64,000 bases of DNA, taken from Eledone cirrhosa. Taxonomy: Eukaryota. The stretch covers positions 165,168,001 through 165,232,000 of the forward strand of contig OZ024741.1 in assembly GCA_964016885.1 (NCBI GenBank). Reading direction: 5' to 3'. Positions 1-11,160 of this stretch are shown piece by piece. The notes beneath the pieces are model-generated. The model did no database searches, had not been told where the DNA came from, and saw nothing but the letters and a program-made list of their open reading frames with translations. The position numbers were made by a program, and so were the translations under genes. How positions within the stretch are numbered: the stretch's first letter is position 1; every line of letters begins with the position of its first letter.

Positions 1-38
<38 letters not shown>

Positions 39-132
39 TTACATATATATATATTTATATATATACACATTTATATATATATATATACACATTTACATAT
101 ATACACATTTATATATATATATACACATTTAC

Positions 133-163
<31 letters not shown>

Positions 164-279
164 TTATCAAATAATCTATGGACATATTTTATTGTATATT
201 TCTCTGATTGTTGATTATTTAATTAATTAATTCGTCATTGAGCCTATTGTGAATGGTTGCCAAAAACATATATATATAT

Positions 280-890
280 ATATCTATGACTTTGTCTAGT
301 TTGTGTATATGTAAATCTTTATATTTGATAATCTCCCATATGGTTGAGATGCAATTTAGGCAATATTAGGCTGCGCTTTCAGGCAACCAGCTCACTCGTC
401 GTAAGGCACCAATCACATTCTTTCTGACTTGACCACTGTCACGTCACAGTTCTTAGCCATTTTGAATTTGTTTCTGGCGGGGATCATTTAAGAAAAATCT
501 TCGTCCAAGTGTGTTTGTTTCCTGATGATTTCGAAGCTCGTGAATTTATCCTTGATCGGATATTTCCAAAAGCGAATGAAACCCCATGGGGTAGAAACGT
601 AATATAGGTATGTTTATATACATTTTTTCTTCTAACTTTGATTTTATACCTAATTGTTTATGGTTGATGATATATTTAATCGATTTCCACATGCTATTGA
701 AATGCTGGGTAAATATTCTATAGCTGTTGATCGCAAATAGATGGCTGTTTATCTATTATTTCTTCATAGGTGCCTTTTAATCTTATACCCTGGTTTAATT
801 GGTTTTTTGTGTGGTTAATTATGCTGATTGGGAGAGGAGATGGTGTATATATTTTATAAAATGATTCTATGGACATATTTTATTGTATCA
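280..890 (+). mobile_element. Penelope-like element 3' remnant carrying a hammerhead motif; a second tandem tail fragment lies at about 165-270
   Basis: Starts at a (TA)n tract and contains the hammerhead at 516-599. The segment tctatggacatatttt(t)attgtat occurs at about 175 and about 865. Confidence 0.55.
516..599 (+). ncRNA. Minimal type I hammerhead ribozyme motif
   Basis: Stem I tgtttc/gaaacg; core CTGATGA (522-528); stem II ttcg...cgaa; GAAA (578-581); palindromic stem III a-ccccatgggg-t; cleavage triplet GUA. Confidence 0.75.
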
Positions 891-1222
891 TTTCATTTCA
901 TTTTACGTCCGCTTTTTCCTGCTTGCAAGTGTGGGACGGGAACTGATTCTGGCTTGATTTCTACAGCTGGATGCCCTTCCTAACACCAACCTCATTTACA
1001 GTGAGTGCTGGGTGTTTTTTTTCCGTGGCGCCTCCACGACCACTTTGTAGTGGAATGATAGGGACCCCAGTCCTATCATCTCATTTCTACAGCTGAGTAA
1101 ACTGAAGCAATGTGAAATAAAGTGTCTTGCTCAAGGAAACAACACATCACCCGGTCTGAGAATTGAACTCACAACCTTTCGATTGCAAGCCCAATGCTCT
1201 AACCACTAAGCCATGTGCCTCC
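888..1222 (-). mobile_element. tRNA-derived SINE (family B head) with RTE-type tail
   Basis: Minus strand reads ggaggcacatggcttagtggttagagc (A box) ... gagttcaattc (B box) and ends aaaagcggacgtaaaatga. Near-identical copies at 25074-25420 and 36001-36396. Confidence 0.85.
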
Positions 1223-1253
1223 AAAATCACATTGTATATATATATATATATAT

Positions 1254-1786
1254 AAAGTGCAGGGCAATAAAGATAGACGGTAGCCACGGAATAGGCAGAC
1301 CTAGAAAAACCTGGGATGAGCTGATAAACTCCGACCTCACACACTTACACCTCTCCAAGACAATGTCACTGGACCGAGACCTTTGGCGGTACTCAGTAAC
1401 AGAGAAGACCCGCCTTGCCAGTAGGCATCTCTAACAAAATACACCCCGTCCCGCCACCACCCCCACCCCATCCTCACCACCCCGTTCTATGTAAAGTTAT
1501 GTTGGTGCCGCGCCATCCAGGCCGAAACAAATGAGATCGTGTAGGTGTCACGACAAAAAACACACAGTCCACGCTGTAATGTGGCTGTGTAGGCAACACG
1601 GTAAAAACCTCCCAGACCCACACTGTAAATGTGGTTGGTGTTAGGAAGGGCATCCAACTGTAGAAAACCTGCCAGACAGTCCTATGCGAGCAAGACAATC
1701 ACTCTTGCCTCAAGTGGGACTACCCCCATCCAAACCCATGCAAGCGTGGAACACGGACGTTAAACGTTGATGATGATGATGATGAT
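1254..1786 (+). mobile_element. 5'-truncated 3' end of RTE LINE family 1
   Basis: Nearly identical to 63126-63657, encoding KCRAIKIDGSHGIGRPRKTW...EKTRLASRHL followed by the 3' UTR and a (TGA)n tail. Flanked by (TA)n. Confidence 0.92.
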
Positions 1787-1807
1787 ATATATATAATATA
1801 TATGTAA

Positions 1808-1848
<41 letters not shown>

Positions 1849-1855
1849 TATATAT

Positions 1856-2415
1856 ATAATAACTAGAAATTGATTAACATATATATAAACATGAATAATC
1901 ATAGGAGATAATTTTTACAAGAGTGTAACCATACATAGCAAGGTAGGTAACTAAATAAAGTTGACTAGAACTTTAAAAATAGATACCTTATAATATGATT
2001 AATCTTCCCTGTATATATTCCATTAAAGAAATATATTTCACCAATTAATCGGATGGTAAACCACAGAAGTGGAGATTTGGATTTTCAACAAGGAAGAAAT
2101 TTCCAGCTATCCGCGCTTACACTTCAAGTTCAAATCTGCGACTGGCTATCATATTATAAGGTATCTATTTTTGAAGTTCTAGTCAACTTTATTTAGTTAC
2201 CTACCTAGCTATGTGTGGTTACACACTTGTAAAAATTATCTCCTGTGATTATTCATGTTTATATATATGTTAATCAATTTCTAGTTATTATAAAATGCTC
2301 GGACCTACTCGTTAGAATCTTAGAGCTTATTTCCGGGTGATATGGCACATGTCTTTCTGGCATGACACCCATAATTTTGATTCAGATTAAATTCATTTAA
2401 TTTATCTTAATTTTG
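1856..2415. mobile_element. Fold-back PLE-like remnant with about 145-bp inverted arms (1856-2000 and 2148-2292)
   Basis: The arms are visibly reverse-complementary. Minus strand 2057-2007 reads acca...tggt GAAA tatatttc-tttaat-ggaatata TA caggg, the 3' half of a hammerhead. Lies in (TA)n. Confidence 0.6.
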
Positions 2416-2501
2416 GATATAGATATATATATGTAAATGTGTGTATATATATATATATAAATATAATATAAGATAAAAAGATGGTTAAAAGAGTTCCAGG
2501 T

Positions 2502-2570
2502 ATTTTATTATGCGCATTTCAAAAACAAATATCATCATGAGATGATATCTGCGTTTTCATCAGATAAAAT
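2502..2570 (-). ncRNA. Minimal type I hammerhead ribozyme motif inside a 46-bp inverted repeat
   Basis: Minus strand: attttat CTGATGA aaacgcagatatcatc-tcat-gatgatatttgttttt GAAA tgcgca T A ataaaat. Palindromic stem III atgcgcat; AUA cleavage triplet. Confidence 0.85.
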
Positions 2571-2702
2571 ACTTGGAACTCTTTTAACCATCTTTTGATC
2601 TTATATTATTTATACTCCAGTCCTACAAACTGTAGAGTGCTACTTATCCGATATTTGCATTGCTTTATTGTACTACAATAAAACTCACCTCCTACATATA
2701 TA

Positions 2703-2902
2703 NNNNNNNNNNNNNNNNNNNNNNNNNNNNNNNNNNNNNNNNNNNNNNNNNNNNNNNNNNNNNNNNNNNNNNNNNNNNNNNNNNNNNNNNNNNNNNNNNN
2801 NNNNNNNNNNNNNNNNNNNNNNNNNNNNNNNNNNNNNNNNNNNNNNNNNNNNNNNNNNNNNNNNNNNNNNNNNNNNNNNNNNNNNNNNNNNNNNNNNNNN
2901 NN
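2703..2902. other. Assembly gap (200 N)
   Basis: Run of N. Confidence 1.
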
Positions 2903-3207
2903 GAAACAGTACTGAGGAAAAGTTACGGAAGTTTGAGTTACCAGAAAAGATTTAGAACAAAATTTGACATTTTACTTTTAACTCTCTGCCATTAGAATGA
3001 AGCTAAGTGAATAATCAAAAATAAGATGCTACCAGGCTATTGTTAAGAGTGGCTGGATCAATAGACGTTCCTTAAAAGTTAGTCTGAGAATTAGCAGTGG
3101 ATTTGTCTGTCTCTTAGCCAGAATAAACTGCCATACTAGGAAGATAGATCATTCCCTGAAGCTAGTAAAGTTGATATTTATTTTGTAGTTGGAGGCAGTA
3201 TCTCTCT

Positions 3208-3216
3208 CATATATAT

Positions 3217-3257
<41 letters not shown>

Positions 3258-3258
3258 C

Positions 3259-3292
<34 letters not shown>

Positions 3293-3375
3293 GGATATAT
3301 ATATATATATATATATATACATGCATATATATATACATGCATATATATATATTTCGTTTCTGAAAAGCATAACAA

Positions 3376-3409
<34 letters not shown>

Positions 3410-3478
3410 CATATATACATATATACATACATATATATATATATACATATATACATATATACATAGATATATACATAG

Positions 3479-3531
<53 letters not shown>

Positions 3532-3552
3532 CATACATAGATATATACATAG

Positions 3553-3607
<55 letters not shown>

Positions 3608-3725
3608 TACATACATATATACATACATATATATATATACATATATACATACATATATACATATATCTATATGCATACATATATACATATATCTATATGC
3701 ATACATACATACATACATCTATATG

Positions 3726-3759
<34 letters not shown>

Positions 3760-3863
3760 TATACATATATACATACATACATATACATACATACATACAT
3801 ACATACATACATACATACATACATACATACATACATACATACATACATACATACATACATACA

Positions 3864-3922
<59 letters not shown>

Positions 3923-3930
3923 ATAGATAG
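3208..3930. repeat. Compound (TA)n/(TACA)n microsatellite
   Basis: Read directly from the sequence. Confidence 0.98.
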
Positions 3931-3986
3931 ATAGGTATTTGTATTTAGAAAGAAGTAGTTCTTTTGGTATAGATACAATGATTTAA

Positions 3987-4206
3987 CTATTAACATCCTG
4001 TACCACACAAAACTGTATTAACAAGACATTCTTGAAAAGTACAAAACAACACTATGTTTCCACCACATTGAAAATTGAAGTCATTCCTCTAGTACTGTAA
4101 ATGTTTACAATGATCTGTCCACTGGTAAAGATGCTTATTATAAACATTTGAATGAACAAACCTGTTTTTAGATATTTTCTGTTAAACTATTACAGGATGT
4201 TAAGAG
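3987..4206. mobile_element. TTAA-flanked MITE (piggyBac-like); a related right end lies at about 32575-32676
   Basis: TTAA|ctattaacatcctgta ... tacaggatgttaagag|TTAA terminal inverted repeats. Confidence 0.65.
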
Positions 4207-4365
4207 TTAATAAAATGTTAGTTAGATCTTCTTGGTTAGTCTTGATCAAGTCAATTTATGGTAAAAATCGGTTCTGTATGAGCATGACATGGTCACTTGA
4301 CCTAACATTACTCACAACAGGATAACTCATCTAACCCATGCCAACATGGAAAAATGGACAATAAA

Positions 4366-4483
4366 TAATTGTTTCTACTATTGGGACAAGGCCAGCAATT
4401 ATCCAGTACATTACTGGTACTTTATTTTATCGACCCCGTAAGGATGAAAGGCAAAGTTAACCTTGGCGGGATTTGAACTCAGA
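4366..4483 (-). mobile_element. tRNA-derived SINE family A (partial)
   Basis: Reverse complement of the ctgagttcaaatcccgcc..gttaactttgcctttcatccttacggggtcgataaaataaagtaccag..gtagaaacaatt module seen many times in the window. Confidence 0.85.
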
Positions 4484-5787
4484 ATGGCAAGGGCCATGGA
4501 CATTAAATAATGATGATATATATATATTATATAAAAATAATATATATGTGTTAAGAAAAATAATGATTCATTTATTTTCCAAATTCATTAGTATATGTAT
4601 GTGTGGTTAAGAGGTTTACTTCAGAAATAAGTGACTTTGGGTTCAGTCCCACCTTAAGCAAGTATTTTCTACTTTAGTACTGAGTAAATCTGGTGGATGA
4701 AAATTAATTATCCAAATCGTTAATCAAAATTAAAATAGTAACATTTTCAGGCCAAGAAACAAATGAGAGAAAATAATTAAGAGATAAGTTGTTATTGTTT
4801 AGTTTGTGGACCAAGAATCAATATACATTCCATCCACAACCATCCTATCTTATATTCAGACATAGCGTATCTAGAACCACATATTACAATGCATCTTTCC
4901 TTCTGTTCTAAGATGGTAGGGCATGATTGGAAGGACAATTAACTGTTATCTTTAGCAGGTTGAGTAACTACATGTCTAAGATAGTAGTATATTGTAGTAA
5001 GAATAGGTTCTATTATACATCATTCATGAATATTTACATTTTATTTGTAAAAAAGGGCTTAATTGTCTAAATGAGTAATTAATTAATTGGTCATTAAGCT
5101 AAGTTTGAGTGTAGAACCTATTAGTATATTTGAAACTAAGTAGCTAAGTTTCATCAAAGTGAAATGAGAGAGAAGAATGTAAACTGAAAGCTAGATGGGA
5201 ATTATAAACTTATTTTATTGACTGTGCAAATGTAACAAGACAAACATGCTGAAATTGCTATTATTATGTGAAGGACAATGATGAGCCATACAGCATTTTA
5301 CCATTAATATTCTAGCAGAAAACTATCAGCAATATTGACGTTACAGCAGAAAGAGGGGACACAAAGAAAGGGAAAGCAGAGAAAATAGATCAGAAGTAAA
5401 TTATTGGAATTATTTAATCATAACATCCTTTGCAATACCAATCAATATAGATTACAGGAAATGTTGGGACGCTATTAAAAGTTTAGTCTTCATGGAGTAA
5501 ATTGTTTCTTATTGAATTCTCCATACCTAAGAGAGGATGGGAGGATTGCTGTTCAATACTATGGTGAAATGGATTTCATCTTTAACTGGATGGTATATCT
5601 ACTGGTTATGGTATTGAACAATACTTCCTCATTACACAACTACCTTTGTCTGGACCACAATTAAGATTATATCAACTCACCCCTAAGTTGCAAACACACA
5701 CACATCCAATACATATATACATTTATACATACTTACTCATGCATGCACACATACATACATCTAAAGTAGAGAAAGGCAACATAAAAA

Positions 5788-5977
5788 TTAATTGTTTCTA
5801 CTTCTGGCACAAGGCCAGCAATTATCCCAGTGTATAACTGGTACTTTATTTTATCGACCCCGTAAGGATGAAAGGCAAAGTTAACCTCAGCGGGATTTGA
5901 ACTCAGACCATAAAGGGCTGTAACTCTTTGCTGCAAAGCATGGCGTCCGACCCTCTACCGATACAGCCAATCCACCG
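5788..5977 (-). mobile_element. tRNA-derived SINE family A
   Basis: Minus-strand head ggtggattggctgtatcggtagagggtcgg (A box), gagttcaaatcc (B box), then the family A body and tail. Confidence 0.85.
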
Positions 5978-6542
5978 CAACATAAAATTTAATGCCTCAT
6001 GGTATGTGTTCCAGCTTGCTGCACTCAGACTTGAAATCCTACCAAGGTACACTGTGCCTGTCCTCCTTTCGGGGTTGATAAATAAAGTAACAATATAGAT
6101 AGGTGGATTAGGGAGAATTGTTAGAGCACTGAACATGCTGCCTTGTGGCATCTAACTTGGCTCTTTACATTCTGAGTGTGCTCATGACATTACTGGTGCC
6201 AAGCTCTGTCAGATTTTGTCTTTTTCTCGTACGACATTAGTAGTGTGGGGAGGGGAGACTTGCATGCATGGGCAACTGCTGGTGTTACAGAAAAAGAAAC
6301 AAACTTGTCTAGGCCTGTACATTGGCAAGGAATTGTCCAGGTGTAGATACCTTGTGCCACAAGGCATGCAGAGTACCCAGGGTGAAAGTCTATTATATGA
6401 GTGTTGATTATTTGTCATGCTGATTACTGTTTTTAATTAGTGACTGTCTCATAGAAAAAAGGATATAAAGATATAAAGATTAAGAGCATTAATGACCTTG
6501 TTTAATGTACACACACAGGAAGACATATCTATTATCAATACT

Positions 6543-6575
<33 letters not shown>

Positions 6576-6988
6576 TGCCAAGAGACAGTCACTGTCAATG
6601 TTTAATATATAATCAGGAAAATATATATCATTAATAATTAAGGAATATACATACAGGACAATATACATGTATTGTTAATGTTTAATTTAGACACAGAAGA
6701 GTATATATATATATATATCATCATCGTTTAACATCTATCTTCCACGCTAGCATTGGTTAGATGGGTCCCATTGAGAGGCAAGTTGGGTTGGGTGGCTGTG
6801 CCTCGCTCATATAGGAGTGTTTCTGGCTGGTTTTCTATGACTGGATGCCCTTCTTAATGCCTATATATATATATATTGTTATACTTGGGGAGGGTCATAT
6901 TGTTGTAATAATATTGCCAGAAATAATAACAGAACACACTCACTGTTTGGTTGGTCTTCGCTTCTGTATCCTTTATATCTCCAGAAAC

Positions 6989-7229
6989 ATGACAGCAACA
7001 TACATAGGTGAGACAGTTCGAAGGATAGACCAACAGTGGGGGGAATTAAAAGGGCGAAAAAAATGATTCAGTACTATACGAACATGCCAGACAACAACAT
7101 GACGGTAACATAGACAGCATAGAAATTAAAATAATATCTAAACATAGAAATGACCCAGCAGGTAGGCAAATCAGAGAGGCAAGTGAAATAGAGCTTAGAA
7201 GGCCAAAGCTAAACAGAAAAAATGAATAG
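6989..7229 (+). pseudogene. GIY-YIG endonuclease C-terminal fragment of a PLE (frameshifted)
   Basis: TYIGETVRRIDQQWGELK, then after a frameshift in the A-run near 7060, NDSVLYEHARQQHDGNIDSIEIKIISKHRNDPAGRQIREASEIELRRPKLNRKNE*. This fits the YIGET / H-x4-H / R-x-I-x-EA / P-x-LN pattern. Confidence 0.85.
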
Positions 7230-7521
7230 AATAACAACACCCAAACAAACAATACTGACTTAAGAGAAATATAAATAAATAAATAAATAAATAAATATAT
7301 ACACAAGCACAATAACAACAAACACATATAAACACACACTAGTAAACTAAGATAGAATACAATAACCAAAGTACAATCACCCAAACGCAAACACACACCA
7401 AACACTATATACACACGCGAACGCAGGCGCAGAGAAGAAGACAAAAATAAATAAATAAATAAACAGATAAAATAAAAATGGCGTAGACATACAATACAAC
7501 AGGAGGAACATAATAGTACCA

Positions 7522-7562
7522 CTGATGATGTTGCAGATGTGCAATGAAATAACTTTGTTAGA
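7522..7562 (+). ncRNA. Degenerate hammerhead motif of the GIY-YIG PLE
   Basis: CTGATGA t gttgca-gatg-tgcaat GAAA taac-ttt-gtta. The cleavage triplet and stem I are not intact. Confidence 0.5.
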
Positions 7563-7841
7563 CTATATATATATATGTGTTTATATCTATATTATATCTG
7601 TATTTTTGACCGTTGGTCAGTCAATGGTAAACATTGAGGACCAAATGAACTAACTGTGGAGATATAAATGATACAGAAGCGAAAACCAACCAAACTGAGT
7701 GTGTTCTGTTATTATTTCTGGCAATATTATTAAAACAATATGACCCTCCCCAAGTATAACAATATTTCTTTCGACACACGATTTCATATCAAAAACCTCA
7801 CAAAACAAATTCAGCGCCGTTAAATATATATATATATATAT

Positions 7842-7950
7842 ATCAGATAGGGTGTGGTAAAAACCAGTTAGACCATAACCCACCAGAGTACTCAGATCTA
7901 GCTGTTGAAACGGCCAGAGCTCACCCATCGGGGTCCTGAATCTTTTCATA
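7842..7950. mobile_element. PLE-like mini element (family also at 24357-24487 and 58845-58892) with a hammerhead 3' half
   Basis: 7842-7893 is the reverse complement of 24435-24487. It is followed by GAAAcggc-cagagctca-(g)cc(g)TC-ggggtcctgaatcttttcat. Confidence 0.6.
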
Positions 7951-8405
7951 TATTTATATATATATATATGGCATCAATGTTTATTGTATGCACAGGAAAA
8001 TATATATTGTTAATAATTAATGAATATACACACAAGAAGATATACATGTATTGTTAGTGTTTAATTTACATGCACACACACACGTGTGTGTGTATTTATA
8101 TATATATAGCATCAATGTTTATTTTGGGACAACTGGAAAAGATTTGAGAGTAGTTATATGTTACTAAACACCATGCTGAGAAAAGTGATATATCTAAGTT
8201 GTTGGTCCAATTAAATGAAGCTGAAAGTGTGATGAGGTAATTGTTAAAGATGAACTCAAAGAGTTTGTCAGATAAAGAAAATGATTGATAATTTATTGTA
8301 ATTGACCTGTATATAGATGTTGTTGTATATACACCTCACACATGCATAGGTTTAACCTACCTCTCATGATGTAGCATTTTATAGAAGGTTTCTTGTGTGC
8401 TTTAA

Positions 8406-8851
8406 CCCTTTAGCATTTAAACTGGCCATATCCAGTCAGAATTCTCTCACATCTTTCTGTTCAAACCGGCTGTAACTAGCCACTCATACTGATGTTAACC
8501 CTTTAGCATTCACATTACTCTATATATACTATTATATTTTCAAGGTAAAGGCTTTACCTCGCATAATTATCTCACATAATAATCGAATCTATGAGATTTT
8601 GAAAGTATTTATTTTGAGAACAATACCTTCACATCAGTTTGAGCAACCGGTTACAGCCAGTTTCAACAGAAAGAGGTAGAAAATTCTGGCCGGTTTAGGC
8701 CGGTTTGAACATTAAAGGGTTAAGGTATTGTTCTTAAAATAAATAATATCAAAATCTCATAGATTTGATATTATGTGAGATAATTATGTGAGGTAAAGCT
8801 TTTACTGTGATAATAAAATAGTAAATATAGAGTAATGTAAATCCTAAGGGG
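8406..8851. mobile_element. piggyBac-like MITE with a second copy of the same family nested at 8499-8719 in opposite orientation
   Basis: TTAA|ccctttagcatt termini. TTAA is duplicated at 8495-8498 and 8720-8723. The empty site ctgatgTTAAggta is seen in the copy ending at 54937. Confidence 0.85.
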
Positions 8852-9656
8852 TTAATGATAAAGGCTTCAGTCCTACTCCAATTATTCCAGTGACAGACAT
8901 CAAGATCTGAACTCAGAATACAGAAAGCCAGACATCACACTCATTGCTCTAACAATTCTACCAATCAACTGCCCAACACAGATACTTTGATCTCACAGTG
9001 AAGACAACTGGAACAAATTATATATAATTGGAATTACTAAAACACAACAACAACAGATATAATGTTCACACATCATAGATAACACATAAGATGTGGGTGG
9101 GGGGGATATGGGGGGTGAGATAGGGGGAGGGGGATATACTAAAAATAAAATTTTCATTAAGTGGAAAATGATGTTCAAATACAATCAAAAATCGATCTGA
9201 GACTAAGTCATGCCTCATAGCAATGGAAGACTTTTGTTAAGTTTAAATCTCAATATATGAACACAAATTCCTCTAATTAAACTTGATTGATGAAGGCTTA
9301 CCCTAATGAACAAATTGAAACACATTTAAAGTCTTGACACATTTCTCCACAAAATTCCAAAGAAATTATCAATATAAGAGACTTATCTACAATAGTAGAT
9401 ATTTCCTTTCAATTTGTGCTGAAACAGTTTTGAGACTTTTATTGGAGACATTTATTTAACTCAGATCAACACAAAACTCTAGTCTAAATATATCCCTCAA
9501 AATTCTTCTTCATTAATTAAATAAAAATGCAGTCATGCAAGGGTTAATAATTTTTATATTTTACATCAGTATGCATTGACAATGTATCATCCACGATGGG
9601 CATTATTATCACTCTTAACCAGACATATCACTACACAGATCATACCACCTTAAATA

Positions 9657-9825
9657 CCAGATTTCCCGGCGCTGTAGATGCTTCATCCTCAAAGGTACAC
9701 CCCAATTTTGAGAACCAAAAATTTTGAAAAAAAATAATAAACAACCTTCGGCCTCCAGGACGCATGGTAGATTTTTGAGACTTATTTTAGGGAAAAAGTA
9801 GCATCTTCGATGCCGGAAAATACGG
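9657..9825. mobile_element. Tc1/pogo(Tc2)-type MITE; a related partial copy lies at about 28682-28815
   Basis: ta|ccagatttcccggc ... gccggaaaatacgg imperfect terminal inverted repeats. Confidence 0.6.
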
Positions 9826-10103
9826 TTCTTTACAGATCTTTCACATGGATGTTTGGTGTCGCTCTCAACCATAAATATACCTCCACAGATCAACATCTTT
9901 CATTCCTTATGGCTTCATACACACATGCCATTCCCCTGCAAACTTACACAATGTAGGGCACACACACTGCTTCTATGAGTGGAGATATGAAGGGAACAAT
10001 CTTGTACAACATATGACTAAACTTTAACATATATAGAGGAAAGGGCGGAGGAGAAAATGAATTGCAAATAATTTCCTTTCCTATCCAATATTTGTTGCAC
10101 TTG

Positions 10104-10104
<1 letters not shown>

Positions 10105-10169
<65 letters not shown>

Positions 10170-10276
10170 CTCTGTGTGTGTGCATCTGTGTGTGTGTGTC
10201 TGTGCATGTGCCTCTGTGCGTATATGTCTTTTTTTTTATGTTTCTTTGTGTGTGTGTCTTTGTGTGTGTGTCTATA

Positions 10277-10307
<31 letters not shown>

Positions 10308-10330
10308 GCGATATATATATATATATATAT
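10105..10330. repeat. (TG)n / (TA)n microsatellite
   Basis: Read directly from the sequence. Confidence 0.95.
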
Positions 10331-10604
10331 TGCTATTTTACATAGGTAGAATATTCCAAACGATTTAAATAAATCAATGCATGGCAACAATAACAATAAT
10401 CTGTTTCACAATTCCTTTCACAATGTAGTATTATTTGATTACCATAAAAACAAAATGAGAAACAGAAAAAGTAAGGTGACCTTTTATATTTTCTATGAGA
10501 TGTTCTTGAAGAGTAAAAATATTTTAATTGGAAAATATTCATAACACTAGTAAAAAATATATTTTAAAAATGTATAAATAGATAATTAATTAAAATATAC
10601 TTTT

Positions 10605-10958
10605 GAACTTATGTGCGTGAACGACCAAGCATAGACGAGTTGAGAGAAAAACGGTGTATAAGAGGGATAAGCTGTAGTGTGCAAGAGAGAAGACATGTGT
10701 TGGTATGGACATGTGTGATGTACATGGAGGATGACCGCTGGGTAAAGAAGTGCCAAGAAATCCCAGTAGAAGGAAGAAGCAATAGAGGAAGACCACAAAA
10801 AAATGGGCGGAGGTGGTGAGAGCTGATCTCAGATCGCTGAAGCTCACGGAGATGATGACGAAGGACCGTGACAAATGGAGAGATAATGTGCTGAATAGGA
10901 CCTGTCCCACCCTTGCAAGCACTGATGGAAAGTGGACATACAACGATGATGATGATGA
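10605..10958 (+). mobile_element. RTE LINE family 2, 3' fragment
   Basis: Decayed ORF end (ERPSIDELREK..IRGI..ERR..W.GHV..MEDDRWVKKC...GRSNRGRP) followed directly by a cccttgcaagc..ggacatacaacgatgatg tail. Sister copy at 32896-33305. Confidence 0.85.
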
Positions 10959-11071
10959 GGTTACATCGCGGGGGGGTTAGAAAACAATATATTTCTTTGT
11001 TTTCTGTTTTCGCAATTCTTTCGAAAAATGTAAAGAAAAATGCAATGGTAATGTCTCAACACAGATATTGT

Positions 11072-11160
11072 ACCCAGAATTGGTAGAGCGTCAGACACCA
11101 TGCTTTGCAGCATAATGTTCTGACCCTTTACGTTCTGAGTTCAATGGCCACCGAGGTTAA
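11072..11160 (+). mobile_element. SINE family A 5' half abutting the minisatellite
   Basis: cagaattggtagagcgtcag..tgctttgcagcat..ctgagttcaatggccaccgaggttaa, after which the array begins. Confidence 0.7.

Larger units (their letters stand above)
6875..7822 (+). mobile_element. Penelope-like retroelement, 5'-truncated, with an inverted copy of its 3' region at the 5' end
   Basis: GIY-YIG fragment at 6989-7229; hammerhead core at 7522-7549; 6875-6983 is the reverse complement of 7657-7765; both ends lie in (TA)n. Confidence 0.85.

Noticed and set aside
3149-4008. Long IY/YI/MYVC ORFs (also 59838-60837, 10062-10368, 42248-42644)
   Set aside because: These are translations of TA/TACA/TG microsatellites, not proteins.
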